64,000 nt of DNA, from assembly GCA_963674595.2 (NCBI GenBank), contig CAXXFV010000018.1, forward strand, positions 63,470 to 127,469, given 5' to 3'. How positions within the stretch are numbered: the stretch's first letter is position 1; each line of letters starts with the position of its first letter. The notes below the pieces were generated by a model, which was given only the letters and a program-made list of their open reading frames with translations, was not told where the DNA came from and did not search any database. This stretch comes from a bacterium. GTDB lineage: Bacteria > Zhuqueibacterota > Zhuqueibacteria > Residuimicrobiales > Krinioviventaceae. A program made the position numbers and the translations under genes. Shown here in pieces: positions 60,953-64,000 of the stretch.

Positions 60953-61969
60953 CTAGTTTTGCTCTTTTAACAGTTTTCGCGTTGTACTGCGAGGTCTCAT
61001 ACTTATTCGGGTGATTTTTTCCGGTACCGGCTCCATTTTTATAAAAGGACTTTCAAATTGTAATAGAAAAAATTCATGCTCATCTTTTAAATCAGCTTTA
61101 AAAGCAGCATTGATTTCTGTTTGGGAATGCGGTGAAAGTTCGACGTAGAATACCGATTGTGCCGACCCGGCATTCAAAGAAATTTGTTTAAAATCAACAA
61201 AGGGTACAATGGCAACCGAAACAGTTGAATCCCTGTTATTAAAAGCATAAATATTAAAATTGACTAAACTGTCTTTATCCACATTCCATTCATAATCTAG
61301 TTGAGACAATTTCGAATTTTGGCAGGCTTTAATTTGCAAATCCTTCACTTTAATGGCAGGCCCTTTTGCCTTTAGTTTTAAAAAATTGGGTAATGTAATT
61401 GAAGCATTTTGAACTGTTATATTACACCGTTGTGCCATAACCATTTTGCCGGATTGCATACGAAATTCAGTGTCCAACGTATGTTCTCCAGGATGTTCAA
61501 AAATCATTAAAGACATGTCATGGCATCCTGTAGATAAATTTTCCAAATGCACAGCAAAAATACTTTCCGTATTGGCAGGAATTTTGACGAGATGGGTCAA
61601 TCCAAACTCACCATTAATACAAAAAGGAACTTGTTGATAATCAACAAGGCAGATAATTTTAAACTCTGAATCTCCTGGAAAATAATTACCGATTAAATAA
61701 CAGGCCTTAAAAGCCTGGCCTTCATCTAAATAAAAAGCCCTCTGCATGCGGGTGCCGTTCATTTCCGGTAAGGCTTTAAAGCTGGTTAAAAGACCTTGCT
61801 CGCCGGAGTGAGCAGACTTGCGAAACATTTCAAGTCCCTGGCTATTAAAAAGGGATAAATCACATAAATGATTTTGTTCCGAGTTTATTTTTGTCTCTTT
61901 TTCATTTTTCGAACAGTTGACAAAAAACATTAAATTCGTCACTAAAAAAAGAAAAAATAACTTTTTCAT
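60953..61969 (-). CDS. Hypothetical lipoprotein
   Basis: MKKLFF...FVN-C; two internally similar halves (VDYQQVPF / VDFKQISL). Confidence 0.7.
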   Translation of the reverse strand: MKKLFFLFLVTNLMFFVNCSKNEKETKINSEQNHLCDLSLFNSQGLEMFRKSAHSGEQGLLTSFKALPEMNGTRMQRAFYLDEGQAFKACYLIGNYFPGDSEFKIICLVDYQQVPFCINGEFGLTHLVKIPANTESIFAVHLENLSTGCHDMSLMIFEHPGEHTLDTEFRMQSGKMVMAQRCNITVQNASITLPNFLKLKAKGPAIKVKDLQIKACQNSKLSQLDYEWNVDKDSLVNFNIYAFNNRDSTVSVAIVPFVDFKQISLNAGSAQSVFYVELSPHSQTEINAAFKADLKDEHEFFLLQFESPFIKMEPVPEKITRISMRPRSTTRKLLKEQN

Positions 61970-62700
61970 TAAAGTCCCTATTTTTGAATTACGGATTATC
62001 CACCAATTATTATTATCAAATACGAGAAAAAAATAGCCGACATAAATCATCCCGATCTGTTTGGATAGAAAAAAACTATTTCGTTTATAAATAACTAGTT
62101 ACAACAAATCCTGTCATTTAAAAAAGTGAAATATAATTCATATAAATATCAAAAATTACCCGGTTTATTTTATATTTATAAGAATGAAAAATAATTAGTT
62201 AACATTGCGACAGAATTCCTCTGCCAAGCTATATTATAGAAGCCCAAATAAAAGGTCATCATTGGACTCTAATAATATAAAGAGTAACCAAATTATTTAA
62301 ACAGACAAAGAATTGTCTACACAATCAAGTATAAACAACGAGGTTTAACTTAAATTTCTTAGTACCCTCTAATTTTTTAAAAATTGTTTAAGAATCATAA
62401 CCTAAATGATTTAATAATATAATTGCTGACCGCCATATCATTCACATTATATTAACCAATCATACCCATGGTTGCTTAAAATATAATATAAAATTTTCAA
62501 AAGTCAATCCTTTTATATTATTTTTTTTGCAATAGTTAAATTTACCAATCCCATATAAAGCATACTCACTTTGCCTGGTTCTTAAATTATAACAAAAAGT
62601 TGAAAAATTCTAAACAATCCCCCTTCCCTGTTGTATAAATCAGTTTAATCAATTATATTAAACAAACATCACTTTCACCCTTAAACCGCCGGAGGTGTTT

Positions 62701-63987
62701 ATGCATAAAGGATTATTTACCCTTATTTTATCCCTGTTTATCATTACCTCAGTCCAGGCTTTTGATGAATCCGAGGTGCATGACGGCTGCACCGGCTTAA
62801 TTGCCGTCGGTAATGTAACAGAAAGCGGAAATACACTTGTCGGCCAAAACTGGGACGCTATGCCCTATCCTCAGGTTTTTGGTTTACGAATGACGCAAAA
62901 CAAGGAAACCGGCATTAAAGTAATTTGGGATGCCCGTTTTCGCAAAGTACCCCGGTTAAACAGTTATGGCGTTTTTCATACGCAAAACTATCGCAGTTGC
63001 GCTGACTGTTGGAATGAAGACCCTAAAAATCAGAATACTCTTTACAGTGAGCAGGGGCACTTGATTATGGAATATGCCAGGTCCGCAAAGGAAGCTGTTA
63101 AATTGGCCGAGGAAATGGCTATTTCAAAAGGCGTTCGCAGTGGTGCCGGCGGCGCCAAAGTGTATGCAGATGCTAATGAAGTTTATATGATTGAAGGCCA
63201 GGCCCCGGGTGAGTATGATATTCTCGGCCCGTGGAAAAATGCAGCTATTGCCCATTCCAACACGTATCTTTCAGAAAAGATGAAACCAACCGAAGACTGG
63301 GCAGCCGGGGTAAACCGAATGATGCGTGCCCAGGAATTACTGGATGAACGTGCAAACATGAATTACCCGGTCGGACGAGCAGGCGGATTAATTTCCATAC
63401 AATATATGATGAAAATCTACCGTGAGCATATTGACGGCTTTAACTGGATGAATTGTTTCGGCGGTGACGGCAACAATCGCTCAATTGCAAACTGGGGAAG
63501 CCGAGGCAATACGGTTTTTTGTACTTTTGGAGAACTGGTTAAAGAGCACACAGATGTTTTAAGCATCATGTGGTGCACGCCCCATTATCCGCCGTTTAGT
63601 CCGTTTTTACCGTTTTTTATCGGAATTCCCAGAATTCCACCGTCTTTTGCGGTTGCCGAAACCAATAAAACCTTTGCCTTTGTTGAACTGGTTAATGTGC
63701 TTCGTTATAATATGGATTATGCTGACGATGTGCAAAAATTTTGGGAAGCGTTTGACGATGAAACCATCCGTCAACTGCATATTATTAAATCCGAAACACG
63801 AAAAATGTTAAAACAGGATAAGGAAAAAGAAGCACAGGAACACTTGTATGAATATGTAAATACGAGATGTGAAAAAGCGGTAGAATATGCGCAAAAACTA
63901 ACGCAATCCATTAATGCTAAAGGACTGATTCAGGTAGATGTTAAAAGGTTTCGGGACTATCTGGAACCCCCGCGTGACAACCGGTAA
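62701..63987 (+). CDS. Secreted Ntn-hydrolase (C45/C69-like peptidase/acyltransferase)
   Basis: DG-CTGLIA.G..T.SG..LVGQNWD, ARSAKEAV, AD.NE...IE, PF.PF..G. Confidence 0.75.
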   Translation: MHKGLFTLILSLFIITSVQAFDESEVHDGCTGLIAVGNVTESGNTLVGQNWDAMPYPQVFGLRMTQNKETGIKVIWDARFRKVPRLNSYGVFHTQNYRSCADCWNEDPKNQNTLYSEQGHLIMEYARSAKEAVKLAEEMAISKGVRSGAGGAKVYADANEVYMIEGQAPGEYDILGPWKNAAIAHSNTYLSEKMKPTEDWAAGVNRMMRAQELLDERANMNYPVGRAGGLISIQYMMKIYREHIDGFNWMNCFGGDGNNRSIANWGSRGNTVFCTFGELVKEHTDVLSIMWCTPHYPPFSPFLPFFIGIPRIPPSFAVAETNKTFAFVELVNVLRYNMDYADDVQKFWEAFDDETIRQLHIIKSETRKMLKQDKEKEAQEHLYEYVNTRCEKAVEYAQKLTQSINAKGLIQVDVKRFRDYLEPPRDNR

Positions 63988-64000
63988 TAAATGCTTGAAT

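Overview
AT-rich bacterial window, probably from an FCB-superphylum lineage such as KSB1/Calditrichota. This is inferred from six proteins with T9SS-type/FlgD-Ig sorting domains (QNYPNPFNP) and a SprE/PorW-like TPR lipoprotein. Positions 1-12 kb are housekeeping: cobB end, TPR, pyrK-pyrD, cdsA, ROK kinase, rubredoxin, frameshifted metH, trehalase plus SemiSWEET, ybaK. Positions 12-49 kb are a patchwork of mostly + strand accessory and surface-protein genes whose intergenic DNA is built from several repeat families. (i) A dispersed module of a sigma70 promoter plus a covarying RNA hairpin leader, 6-8 copies, up to about 190 nt, matching no riboswitch I recognise. (ii) 142/159-bp REPIN-like elements with covarying terminal hairpins. 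(iii) 9-mer-periodic palindromic arrays flanking a GxxExxY nuclease gene. (iv) A GCTCGCC..GGGAAT hairpin family at gene ends. An IS3 element with a 3-bp CCT duplication sits in the lipobox of a DUF2891 gene, and a secreted-protein gene carries an in-frame TAA. Positions 49-64 kb hold mgsA, a secreted GH31, M16, C69, astacin and Ntn peptidases, and tRNA-Ile2(CAT). All alignments and base pairings were done by eye; no searches were run.
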